Source: Escherichia phage SD2. Taken from it: a stretch of DNA of 64,000 nucleotides. This document shows, in pieces, positions 44,434 to 53,104 of the stretch. The notes beneath the pieces are model-generated. The model worked only from the letters and a program-made list of their open reading frames with translations, made no database searches and was not told where the DNA came from. Within the stretch, counting starts at the first letter, position 1; every line of letters begins with the position of its first letter. The position numbers and the translations under genes are program-made. The stretch is from sequence record PQ821640, one strand, 5' to 3'.

Positions 44434-45087
44434 TTAATTATCAGAGGATACTTTATCAAGTTTTTCAGAGACTGTCAATACTTTTTCTTGTGATTCTTTC
44501 ATTTCTGCTAAAATACTTTCAGCTTCATCACTATCAGGATCACCAGTCAACAGCATACTAATTAGTTGCTCCTTGCTGAAGTTCAGAATATCTTCCGCTG
44601 TTAGCTCCAGTTGTTCTTCAATCTCTTCGACAAAAGTTTCACCGCCTGAAAAAGCATCTCGTAGTTTTGCAACTTCCATCGCTTCTTCTGGGGTTGCCCC
44701 AGCGTCTAAAGCTGCTAAAGCAAAATCTGCCCCACTACCAACAGCATAGTAATCTTCAGTTAAAGGATATGCTCGCGTTGGATTATTACCCTCGTGCATA
44801 TAAATTTTACCGTCTGGGTGAACAACCAATGCCACAAACTCTTCATCTTCTTTATCAGGATCTGACTGGATCACCAAGCCTGGGATTGTCTCTTGTGCTG
44901 CCTGGCACTGTAAGTTTTGTTCGAACCAAGAAAAGAAAGTCAGGATAGAAGACAGACGTCCTGCACCACCAACAAGGTAATCCCCAATTTTACGCACTTT
45001 CTTGAAATTTAAAGTGTCTACTCGATTACCTACTGTTACTTTACCGTCAGATAGAATTTTGTTATGTGTTGCAATAATTGTTGTCAT
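44434..45087 (-). CDS. HslV-like N-terminal-nucleophile peptidase with acidic C-terminal extension
   Basis: MTTIIATHNKILSDGKVTVGN, FxxVRKIGDYLVGGAG and AVGSGADFALAAL resemble E. coli HslV as I recall it; Thr2 as putative nucleophile. Confidence 0.7.
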   Translation of the reverse strand: MTTIIATHNKILSDGKVTVGNRVDTLNFKKVRKIGDYLVGGAGRLSSILTFFSWFEQNLQCQAAQETIPGLVIQSDPDKEDEEFVALVVHPDGKIYMHEGNNPTRAYPLTEDYYAVGSGADFALAALDAGATPEEAMEVAKLRDAFSGGETFVEEIEEQLELTAEDILNFSKEQLISMLLTGDPDSDEAESILAEMKESQEKVLTVSEKLDKVSSDN

Positions 45088-45578
45088 TGTACTTCCTCCT
45101 GTAGTGTTTTAAGGACTGCTTTACCACCGCTTACATACTTACGTAGGTAATCAATAGCTCTTAGTGTTTCTTTATCCACAAGAATTTTATTGGTTCTTGT
45201 TAGTGGATGATTTAGTAAATCACTGCAATTTCTTACTAACATAGATTTCTTGTGAAAGATACTGCTAAGAAAAAGAAGTTTAGAATCTTCTTCATCAATC
45301 AGGAGTAATTCTGAATTAGACCCAGCTACATTTATTATACACTCAAACAAGCCTTCTTGACTATCAGATAATTCCTGGTAATATTTAGTTAGCCAATCCT
45401 CTCCTTTTAACCAACTAAAAAACATCTGAACTTTTTGCAAAGTTGTCATGTTCTCTAAACGAAGAGATATTTCTTTTTCAATCTTGTCAATATAAATCTG
45501 TCTAAACTCATTCGGCTTAACTAAGCCAGCTTGATAGCATTCATCAATACCATTGCGATCAATCTCAATTAGCGTCAT
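45084..45578 (-). CDS. hypothetical protein
   Basis: 164 aa. Confidence 0.65.
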   Translation of the reverse strand: MTLIEIDRNGIDECYQAGLVKPNEFRQIYIDKIEKEISLRLENMTTLQKVQMFFSWLKGEDWLTKYYQELSDSQEGLFECIINVAGSNSELLLIDEEDSKLLFLSSIFHKKSMLVRNCSDLLNHPLTRTNKILVDKETLRAIDYLRKYVSGGKAVLKTLQEEVQ

Positions 45579-45614
45579 TTAACCTCCATAATAGGCATCC
45601 TTGCCTTGTAATTA

Positions 45615-46367
45615 TTAATATACTTCCGTGATGAACTGAGACAAACGGGAACGTTGGTTATCAGCAGTTGTCATTTCAACATAACCAATAAAATCTACAA
45701 TAGCTTCCCTTTCTCCTTCTTCGTTAATAGGAACAACACGATCTAACAAATCACCTAACCCGTTAGCTCTTCGTTTAATTGCATATGTTTGATTAACATC
45801 GCCCATAATGACAATACGTGTATTAAGACCTGCTCGCTCAAGGAGAAGTTTTACTGTGTTTGGTGACATAAGTTGAACTTCATCAATAAGAATAATGCTG
45901 TTATCCCACGTAGCACCTAGTGCATAGTTCGGAATATTAAGTTCAATTTTGCCACTTGCAATATCGTTTTCCAATTTATTTGCAGTCATAAACTGTTGGA
46001 AAATTCTTTTAGTTGACTCGTAGTGTGCTGCTAGTTTATCAGTCTTATCTCCAGATAAGAAACCGATTTGGTCATCACCTACTTCTGTCGGGTTTTTAAG
46101 GAAAATCAACTTTCTGAAGTCACCAGCTTTAAGCATTTGCAATGCTTTCCATAGTGCTGTTGTCGTTTTTCCTGTTCCTGCTGGGGCATTCACAATGGTT
46201 AAATCATTCCAAACCATGCTTCTTACAATAGCTTCTTGATTCCCAACAGGGGTAAATTCATCAAGACGGTAATCATCATTTCCTACTGCTTTAGCCGCAT
46301 AACGACTGGCACGTTTGTCATCATTGGCTGCTGATTGACGACGAGCCTTTGCGGTTTTATTTCCCAT
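45615..46367 (-). CDS. phoH: PhoH-like ATPase
   Basis: Walker A APAGTGKTTTA, Walker B ILIDEVQ. Confidence 0.85.
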   Translation of the reverse strand: MGNKTAKARRQSAANDDKRASRYAAKAVGNDDYRLDEFTPVGNQEAIVRSMVWNDLTIVNAPAGTGKTTTALWKALQMLKAGDFRKLIFLKNPTEVGDDQIGFLSGDKTDKLAAHYESTKRIFQQFMTANKLENDIASGKIELNIPNYALGATWDNSIILIDEVQLMSPNTVKLLLERAGLNTRIVIMGDVNQTYAIKRRANGLGDLLDRVVPINEEGEREAIVDFIGYVEMTTADNQRSRLSQFITEVY

Positions 46368-46379
46368 GTTTGCACTCCT

Positions 46380-46405
46380 TATAAAAGGGGCTTTCGCCCC
46401 TTTGT
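46380..46405 (-). terminator. rho-independent terminator
   Basis: GGGGC-TTTC-GCCCC then T-run on the minus strand. Confidence 0.7.
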
Positions 46406-46906
46406 TTAGTTATAAGCGTCTAATGTTCCAGTTTTAAGCACCTGAATTACACGCTCTGCGCGATTAGGCGTTTGGCGATACCATTTACTTTTACGTAAAT
46501 TTATAGAGGCTTGAGTATAATATGAATTACTCACTAAAGTCAAGCTATTTTTGAAAGATTCTGCACCTTTCAATCCCATTTGAAATACCATATTAATAAT
46601 AGCCATTTTACGATTAGGACTTACTTTATCGTAAATAGGAGATAATATGGTGCTTGAATGGATTTGTTGTATCGCTTTCTTTACGTCACTCTCAAAGATT
46701 CTTCTAGCTTCCGCTTCAGTAATAACTCCATTGGTTTTTCTACCTACTAAGTTATCAAGAATGCGTATAGCTTCTGCTTTATCTTTGAGTTTTGTCAGAA
46801 GGTGTCCAATACCAACTGTCCAATACCCTTCGGTATCAGGATATACAGTTAGCTTTAGTCCTTCATCAAAACGTAACATATCAAACACATCAACTACTTT
46901 AGCCAT
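46406..46906 (-). CDS. T4-type lysozyme (GH24 endolysin)
   Basis: DEGLKLTVYPDTEGYWTVGIGHLL closely matches the T4 lysozyme N-terminus as I recall it. Confidence 0.9.
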   Translation of the reverse strand: MAKVVDVFDMLRFDEGLKLTVYPDTEGYWTVGIGHLLTKLKDKAEAIRILDNLVGRKTNGVITEAEARRIFESDVKKAIQQIHSSTILSPIYDKVSPNRKMAIINMVFQMGLKGAESFKNSLTLVSNSYYTQASINLRKSKWYRQTPNRAERVIQVLKTGTLDAYN

Positions 46907-46918
46907 GTTTTCCTTATA

Positions 46919-47062
46919 TTAGTCGCCCTCCCCATGATCTAGCTCTTGAAACAGTAGGTGTTCAGGAGACATTTCACGTTTAGGCTTCGTCTTTTTAGTT
47001 TGGGACTTAAGCTCTGTTGCCAAAGCACGAGAAAAGATCTTACGTTTCTGTTTACCTTTCAT
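46919..47062 (-). CDS. small basic protein (47 aa)
   Basis: MKGKQKRKIFSRALATELKSQTKKTKPKREMSPEHLLFQ...; GGAG SD. Confidence 0.4.
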   Translation of the reverse strand: MKGKQKRKIFSRALATELKSQTKKTKPKREMSPEHLLFQELDHGEGD

Positions 47063-47066
47063 ATTG

Positions 47067-47333
47067 TTACTCCGCAATCTGAGCCATGAATTCACGTAGT
47101 TCAGAAAAACCTCCTACGTGGGTTAGCTGTTCACCATCTTCCACAAAAATCTGAGGAAATGTGCGTGGTAGAACACCTGTTTTCTCTAAAACCAGATTCT
47201 GAATCTGATCTAAAGAATAGTCTTCATCTAAGGTAAGATATTTAAAATCCTGTTCACGCTGTTCTAGTAGAATCTTAGCGTTAGTGCAGAAAGGACAATT
47301 TGGTTTACCGTAGATAATAAAATTCATTTTCAC
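47067..47333 (-). CDS. glutaredoxin-like protein
   Basis: CPFC active-site motif in IIYGKPNCPFCTNAK. Confidence 0.85.
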   Translation of the reverse strand: MKMNFIIYGKPNCPFCTNAKILLEQREQDFKYLTLDEDYSLDQIQNLVLEKTGVLPRTFPQIFVEDGEQLTHVGGFSELREFMAQIAE

Positions 47334-48160
47334 TCCTTGTTTAAAAGTATAGTTAAAGTTCTTACAATACCGCTATCAACACTTCGCGGATTTAAAGTAG
47401 GATCTGTTTTTAAATAAGATGTTGCTGGTCTGACTGCTTTGGAATTATAGGTTGAAGCAGATACAGGATTAACTGTAACAGATAAATCTATAACAAGAAA
47501 TATCTTTCGTGCAAAATCATACCAAGAAATATAATCTGCACCTGCATAGTGTACAATTTTACTATTTACACCATCTTTTACAAGTTTAAAAATTGTTTCT
47601 GCAAGATCAGGTGCATAAGTAGGACATGACAAATGATCACATACTACATTAAATTCTTTTTGACCACCGTTGTAGCGTTCCAACATAGTTTTCAAAAAGT
47701 TATGTCCAAATTCACTATAAACAGAAGCTGTTCTGATAATAAGTGCTGTAGGACAAACTGTTTGTACTAAAGTTTCACCTAATTGTTTACTGTAACCGTA
47801 GGTGTTCAAGGGGTTTGTTTTACTATCTTCTGTGCCAGCAACATGCCCATCAAAAACATAGTCTGTTGAAATATGTACAAACTGTATCAGTAAATCATTA
47901 CATGCTTTGGCAATGTTTGTTGCACCGTATGCATTAACATTTATACAGGTGTTAACATCTTCTTCAGCTTTATCTACTGCCGTGTAAGCCGCACAATTCA
48001 CAACAACATCAGGCACATGCTGTACAAGACTATTCATAACATCTTTAAAGTTGGTAATGTCTACATCACTTGCTTCAATCAAAATAACATCTTCGGGCGC
48101 AACTTTTGCCAAAGACTGTCCTAATTGACCTTTTGAACCAAAGATTAAAAATTTTGTCAA
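47330..48160 (-). CDS. rmlD: dTDP-4-dehydrorhamnose reductase
   Basis: N-terminal Rossmann FGSKGQLG; last gene of an rmlB-A-C-D array; overlaps rmlC by 4 nt. Confidence 0.8.
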   Translation of the reverse strand: MTKFLIFGSKGQLGQSLAKVAPEDVILIEASDVDITNFKDVMNSLVQHVPDVVVNCAAYTAVDKAEEDVNTCINVNAYGATNIAKACNDLLIQFVHISTDYVFDGHVAGTEDSKTNPLNTYGYSKQLGETLVQTVCPTALIIRTASVYSEFGHNFLKTMLERYNGGQKEFNVVCDHLSCPTYAPDLAETIFKLVKDGVNSKIVHYAGADYISWYDFARKIFLVIDLSVTVNPVSASTYNSKAVRPATSYLKTDPTLNPRSVDSGIVRTLTILLNKE

Positions 48161-48711
48161 AATATGATCTCCTTTAGTGTTTTGGCTTGCTGATCTTTTT
48201 GTGACAAGATAGGTTTAAAATTAATATCATTAAAGATTAAATCAAAACCCCAATCAATATTGATATCTGGATCATTCCACGCAAGACTACACTCTGAAGT
48301 CGGATCGTAATATTCTGTACATTTATATTCAAAATCAGCAATGTCACTAATCACAACAAAGCCATGAGCGAAACCAGGAGGAATCCAAAATTGTGTTTTA
48401 TTCTTTTCAGATAAGAGAACACCTACCCATTCTCCAAATGTTGGACTACCAACCCTAATATCTACAGCAACATCATAAACTTCACCACGAACACAACGTA
48501 CTAACTTCCCTTGTGGGTTTTTCTTTTGAAAATGAAGCCCACGTAGAACTCCTCGAATAGAACGTGAGTGGTTATCCTGGACAAAGTTTTGTTTACCTAT
48601 GTATTGATCATATAAAGCCTGATTAAAACTTTCTAAGAAAAAGCCACGTTCATCTCCGTAAACGTCAGGTTGAATGATCAACAAATCTTCGATTTTTGTT
48701 GCTTGAATCAT
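48157..48711 (-). CDS. rmlC: dTDP-4-dehydrorhamnose 3,5-epimerase
   Basis: Cupin-type RmlC sequence; operon context. Confidence 0.85.
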   Translation of the reverse strand: MIQATKIEDLLIIQPDVYGDERGFFLESFNQALYDQYIGKQNFVQDNHSRSIRGVLRGLHFQKKNPQGKLVRCVRGEVYDVAVDIRVGSPTFGEWVGVLLSEKNKTQFWIPPGFAHGFVVISDIADFEYKCTEYYDPTSECSLAWNDPDINIDWGFDLIFNDINFKPILSQKDQQAKTLKEIIF

Positions 48712-48723
48712 TTAATTCCCCCT

Positions 48724-49593
48724 TTATTTTAATTTAAGTAAATACTTACCGTAGTCTGTTTTACTTAAAACCTCTCCAGAATTTTTTACAGAATCTAAAG
48801 TAATCCATTCATTTTTAAAAGCAATCTCTTCCAGGCATGCAACCTTCATACCTTGTTGCTTTTCTATTGCATGAACAAATTGAGATGCCTCCATAAGACT
48901 TTCATGTGTTCCTGTATCCAGCCAAGTGAAACCTCTTCCTAGTTTACAGACACGTAAAGTTTTTTCTTTCCAGTACATCTCATTTATATCTGTAATCTCT
49001 AACTCCCCTCTAGCAGAAGGTTTAACGCTCTTAGCTTTCTGTATAACAGAATTATCGTAAAAGTACAAGCCTGTGATTGCGTAGTTGCTTTTTGGTGCTT
49101 TTGGTTTTTCTTCAATACTCACCACTGTACCTTCAGAATCAAACTCAACAACACCAAATCTTTCAGGATCATTTACGTGATACCCAAAAATATTAGCTCC
49201 ACCATTCTTTTCAATATGTTCTTTAGCAGAATCTAAAATGCTACCAAAACTCTGACCAAAGAATAAATTATCACCTAGCACAAGTGCTACAGAATCTTCA
49301 CCAATAAAGTTCTCACCAATAATAAAGGCTTCTGCTAAACCTTTTGGGCTGTTCTGTACTGCATACTGTAGGGAAATACCAAAAGAAGAACCATCACCTA
49401 AAAGATTTACAAAATTAATTTGATCTTCTGGTGTTGTAATTATTAGTATTTCCCTAATTCCAGAAAGCATTAGGACAGAGAGTGGATAATAAATCATAGG
49501 CTTATCGTAAATTGGTAATAGTTGTTTACTAAACCCTTTAGTAACTGGGTAAAGTCTTGTTCCGCTACCACCTGCTAAGATAATACCTTTCAT
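48724..49593 (-). CDS. rmlA: glucose-1-phosphate thymidylyltransferase
   Basis: [18 protein letters not shown] signature N-terminus. Confidence 0.9.
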   Translation of the reverse strand: MKGIILAGGSGTRLYPVTKGFSKQLLPIYDKPMIYYPLSVLMLSGIREILIITTPEDQINFVNLLGDGSSFGISLQYAVQNSPKGLAEAFIIGENFIGEDSVALVLGDNLFFGQSFGSILDSAKEHIEKNGGANIFGYHVNDPERFGVVEFDSEGTVVSIEEKPKAPKSNYAITGLYFYDNSVIQKAKSVKPSARGELEITDINEMYWKEKTLRVCKLGRGFTWLDTGTHESLMEASQFVHAIEKQQGMKVACLEEIAFKNEWITLDSVKNSGEVLSKTDYGKYLLKLK

Positions 49594-49601
49594 ACTCCTC
49601 C

Positions 49602-50591
49602 TTAAACTTTATTTTCCCACCACTCTTTGTTATCTACATACCAATCAATGGTTGAATAAAGTTTTTCTTCAAATGTGCCTTTAGCTTTCCACCCTAATTC
49701 CTTTTCAATCTTATAAGGATTCACTTCATATCTTAGATCATGCCCAGGTCTATCTGTAACCATCTCAATTAGGCTACAAGCATCTGTTTCAGATGGATAC
49801 ACCGCATCCATATAATCACAAATCATATAGATTACATCAATATTAGTTCTAGGGTTTCTGCTCCCAATATTATATGTTTCTCCAGATTTGCCTTTAGTTA
49901 CTACTAGGTGTAATGCTTCTGCGTGATCGTCAACGTATAACCAGTCTCTTACTTGAAGACCATTGCCATAAACAGGGATTGGTTTATTCATCAAGATATT
50001 TGTTATCGTTTTAGGTATTAGTTTTTCTGGATGATGATATGCTCCAAAATTATTTGAACAATTTGTTATAACTGTCGGAATACCATAAGTACGATGCCAC
50101 GCTCTTACCAAATGATCGCTTGCTGCCTTAGATGCAGCATATGGACTACTTGGCTTATAAGGATTCTGTTCTGTAAACGGATAATCCCCTTCTTCCAGAT
50201 CACCATACACTTCATCTGTTGAAATATGATGGAACATTTTAAGATTTGATTTATCTCCCATTAAACGAACAGCTTCTAGAAGATTAAATGTCCCAACAAT
50301 ATTTGAATTTATAAAAACACTCGGTGATGCTATTGAATTATCTACGTGACTTTCTGCTGCAAGATGCATTATATAATCTGGATTAACATCTGCCACAATC
50401 TTAGCAGTTAACTGCGCATTTGTCAAGTCAACACGACAAAACTTTACATTGGGTGTTTCTGATAAATTTCTAGGGTCTGAAGCGTAACCCCATTTATCTA
50501 TAACGTAAATATCATTTTTAGTATTTTTAGCCAGGAAACGAACTACCGCACTTCCAATAAAGCCTAAACCACCTGTTACTAAGTATTTCAT
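49602..50591 (-). CDS. rmlB: dTDP-glucose 4,6-dehydratase
   Basis: GGLGFIGS Rossmann motif and YAASKAASD catalytic YxxxK. Confidence 0.9.
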   Translation of the reverse strand: MKYLVTGGLGFIGSAVVRFLAKNTKNDIYVIDKWGYASDPRNLSETPNVKFCRVDLTNAQLTAKIVADVNPDYIMHLAAESHVDNSIASPSVFINSNIVGTFNLLEAVRLMGDKSNLKMFHHISTDEVYGDLEEGDYPFTEQNPYKPSSPYAASKAASDHLVRAWHRTYGIPTVITNCSNNFGAYHHPEKLIPKTITNILMNKPIPVYGNGLQVRDWLYVDDHAEALHLVVTKGKSGETYNIGSRNPRTNIDVIYMICDYMDAVYPSETDACSLIEMVTDRPGHDLRYEVNPYKIEKELGWKAKGTFEEKLYSTIDWYVDNKEWWENKV

Positions 50592-50785
50592 TTAGTCTCC
50601 TTCCAATTATTCCCTTCAGTAAAAATAATACCTTCATAAAACAACCATCTGGAACCTTTTTCAACAGGAACAGGAAGCTCTTCTTCAGTAAAGTTATAAA
50701 CCTCTCTAGCATCTTCTAAAAGTGATGCAAATGTTTTTGGACTTACTGTTACGCGAGGAGCATTGATCAGTTGATCTAGCATCAT
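50588..50785 (-). CDS. hypothetical protein
   Basis: Track ORF 50588..50878 trimmed to internal ATG with AAGGAGG SD. Confidence 0.5.
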   Translation of the reverse strand: MMLDQLINAPRVTVSPKTFASLLEDAREVYNFTEEELPVPVEKGSRWLFYEGIIFTEGNNWKETK

Positions 50786-50798
50786 TCTACTATCCTCC

Positions 50799-51125
50799 TT
50801 ACCAAACGTGTTGAGAAATAATAGTTTCCGTTTCAATGTTATATTTTTCAAGAAGTTGTGCATAGGCTTCTTTTGCATTCTTATTTAGTTGCTCAAGATC
50901 TACAGCTACACTTCCTTCGCCACCTTCTAAATAAATCCCATATATGCAATAAGATGCATCAGCGTCATAGAAAGGTGAGATACGGCTTAAATCAAGACCT
51001 TCTTGTAAGAACCAATTAAAATCTCCATCAAATTCTTCTTCAATTCTAGGATCTTCTCCTACAGCCTCTTCCCATTTATTAAAAGGCGCACCCTGTAATA
51101 TACGCCATGCAATATCAATTCCCAT
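50799..51125 (-). CDS. hypothetical acidic protein
   Basis: 108 aa. Confidence 0.6.
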   Translation of the reverse strand: MGIDIAWRILQGAPFNKWEEAVGEDPRIEEEFDGDFNWFLQEGLDLSRISPFYDADASYCIYGIYLEGGEGSVAVDLEQLNKNAKEAYAQLLEKYNIETETIISQHVW

Positions 51126-51261
51126 TATCTTCCTCCTCTTCTTTTTCTTCCGTATGAACGAAACCTAAACCGTTACAATTCCAACAAGGAATAAATTGTT
51201 CCATACTAACAATAAAATTCCCAGTGCCACCACAGACAGGACAAATACTTACATCATCCAT
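51115..51261 (-). CDS. small zinc-ribbon protein (48 aa)
   Basis: MDDVSICPVCGGTGNFIVSMEQFIPCWNCNGLGF...; GGAG SD. Confidence 0.4.
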   Translation of the reverse strand: MDDVSICPVCGGTGNFIVSMEQFIPCWNCNGLGFVHTEEKEEEEDNGN

Positions 51262-51263
51262 TA

Positions 51264-51470
51264 TTAAAGCTCCTCAATCTTTTCTAACATCTGTTTTAAC
51301 TCATTCTCTGTTAACAGAATTTCTGTGATACCATCATAAGTTTCTACCATCAGAGTAAAACATTTTTCTCCATCTGAACACACAAAAGCGCCACCTTCAT
51401 CTTCTGTTAAGTCAGAATTAATATCTACATCAACAAAATCAATCATCTTTTTCTCCTTTGATAATTTCAA
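51264..51470 (-). CDS. hypothetical protein
   Basis: 68 aa. Confidence 0.6.
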   Translation of the reverse strand: MKLSKEKKMIDFVDVDINSDLTEDEGGAFVCSDGEKCFTLMVETYDGITEILLTENELKQMLEKIEEL

Positions 51471-51657
51471 ACTTGGCTACACCATTAACTATAATATGAC
51501 CGCATGACATAACTCCTAGCCAATGATCACCATTCTTTTTTAAACGTTTGCCGTAAACATCACAGAAACCATTCTGTAATTCGGAAGCCTCATAAGAGGC
51601 TCCCTTTTCGAAAACGTCTTTGAAGTCAGAAATTAATCCAACACAAAGTAGTTTCAT
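51439..51657 (-). CDS. hypothetical protein
   Basis: 72 aa; TAATG coupling with nrdB stop. Confidence 0.55.
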   Translation of the reverse strand: MKLLCVGLISDFKDVFEKGASYEASELQNGFCDVYGKRLKKNGDHWLGVMSCGHIIVNGVAKFEIIKGEKDD

Positions 51658-52742
51658 TAGAAGTCTAACTCCTCGTCATCACTTACATCTTTATTTGCTG
51701 AATTCAGTTTGTAAGCTGTAATTTGGATCTCCTGTGCTGCTGCTTGAATTTGATCTGGATTTAACCAAACATCCATCCAAGGCAGTGGACTTTTCTTCGG
51801 TGCACGGAATTTGTGTTTCATTTTCAGTCTGCGATAGATAGGTGCAGCATTGAAGTAAACCCAAAGTTTGAACAACTCTGCGTTACCACCAACGATAACC
51901 CTTCCTTCACTAAACAGATAGTCACACCAATCTTCCTCTTGTCCAACTACCGTGTCAAGAATTTCTGTCAGAACGTCGATATTATCTTCGTATACTTTTC
52001 TCCAAACAGGATCTTTCAGCAGTGCATCAATAATAGCATAATCCATTTTAACGTGCAATAGTTCATCCAACATAATTTTTTGAATGAGTTTAGCTGCACC
52101 TACAAACAGTTGCTGCTCTGCTAAAGCAAATGTTGCAGCAAAAGAGGATATGAATTGAATGCCTTCCAGACCGATAAGTGCAATCATTCCTTTCAGGATC
52201 AGTAGACGAAGGTTATCATCCTTCTCAATCAGACCTAGAGCATATTTATGTCCTGCTTCTGCCAGATCACTCATTACCTCTTCAACTATACCCATCCTTT
52301 GGAAGATTCTTTCATTCTCCATAATCTGATCGATAACTTCATTTGGATTAGGGATACACTGACGAATAATTTCAGAATATGTCAAAGCGTGTAAAACTTC
52401 CATTTCCGATTGCTTCATCATCATTGCACATGCTTCGTTGTTGCTTAAAAATGGTGCAAACAAAGTGATAATTGATTTAGCAAGTGAATCATTTTCCCAT
52501 TGGAAAGATAGGTTTTTGATCATAACATCATAGTTGCTTTTAGAACAAGCTACGAAATCTTTTCGTGTCTGATCTAAGTCTACTTCGTTTTCATCCCAAT
52601 CTTGCTGTTTTTGTAGTTTGTACAGACGATGCATTTCTGGGTATGTTACATTAATAGAATCAAAAATACCTAACTGTTCTCCCAAAAATACAGGATAGAA
52701 ACCTTCTTTGTAAGTGTCGTTGTATAAATTAATCGCTGCCAT
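51657..52742 (-). CDS. nrdB: ribonucleotide reductase class Ia beta subunit
   Basis: Di-iron ligand region (EVLHALTYSEII) and overall R2-like sequence; GGAGG SD. Confidence 0.9.
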   Translation of the reverse strand: MAAINLYNDTYKEGFYPVFLGEQLGIFDSINVTYPEMHRLYKLQKQQDWDENEVDLDQTRKDFVACSKSNYDVMIKNLSFQWENDSLAKSIITLFAPFLSNNEACAMMMKQSEMEVLHALTYSEIIRQCIPNPNEVIDQIMENERIFQRMGIVEEVMSDLAEAGHKYALGLIEKDDNLRLLILKGMIALIGLEGIQFISSFAATFALAEQQLFVGAAKLIQKIMLDELLHVKMDYAIIDALLKDPVWRKVYEDNIDVLTEILDTVVGQEEDWCDYLFSEGRVIVGGNAELFKLWVYFNAAPIYRRLKMKHKFRAPKKSPLPWMDVWLNPDQIQAAAQEIQITAYKLNSANKDVSDDEELDF

Positions 52743-53064
52743 TTAAATCCTCCACAATATCACACATTGCTTTTATTGTATCAATGTGTTTTCTCTCCAT
52801 ACCATTCTCTATGTAAGCCTTCTCTAATGCGTTCCATACACTCTTTGTGAGTAGTACAGTAACCTCTCCATCATATCTTGCCCTGGTTAAAGCATACCAG
52901 GTAGCTTCGGGATCATTGGAAGCCCATATTTCAACACTGGAAAATTGAAAACCTGCAATATAATGGCAACACCAATCGAATGTAAAATCTTTACTATCTA
53001 CCAGTGTATAATTTCCCCAACGTCTTTGTGGTGTTGCTCCAGGTAATACAACTAATGTAGGCAT
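52729..53064 (-). CDS. hypothetical protein
   Basis: Track ORF trimmed to ATG at 53064, which follows the nrdA terminator and an AAGGAGG SD. Confidence 0.55.
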   Translation of the reverse strand: MPTLVVLPGATPQRRWGNYTLVDSKDFTFDWCCHYIAGFQFSSVEIWASNDPEATWYALTRARYDGEVTVLLTKSVWNALEKAYIENGMERKHIDTIKAMCDIVEDLNGSD

Positions 53065-53074
53065 ATTCCTCCTT

Positions 53075-53096
53075 AAGAAAGGGGGACAAAGCCCCC
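53075..53096 (-). terminator. rho-independent terminator after nrdA
   Basis: GGGGGCTTTGTCCCCC then TTTCTT on the minus strand. Confidence 0.7.
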
Positions 53097-53104
53097 TAGT
53101 TTCA

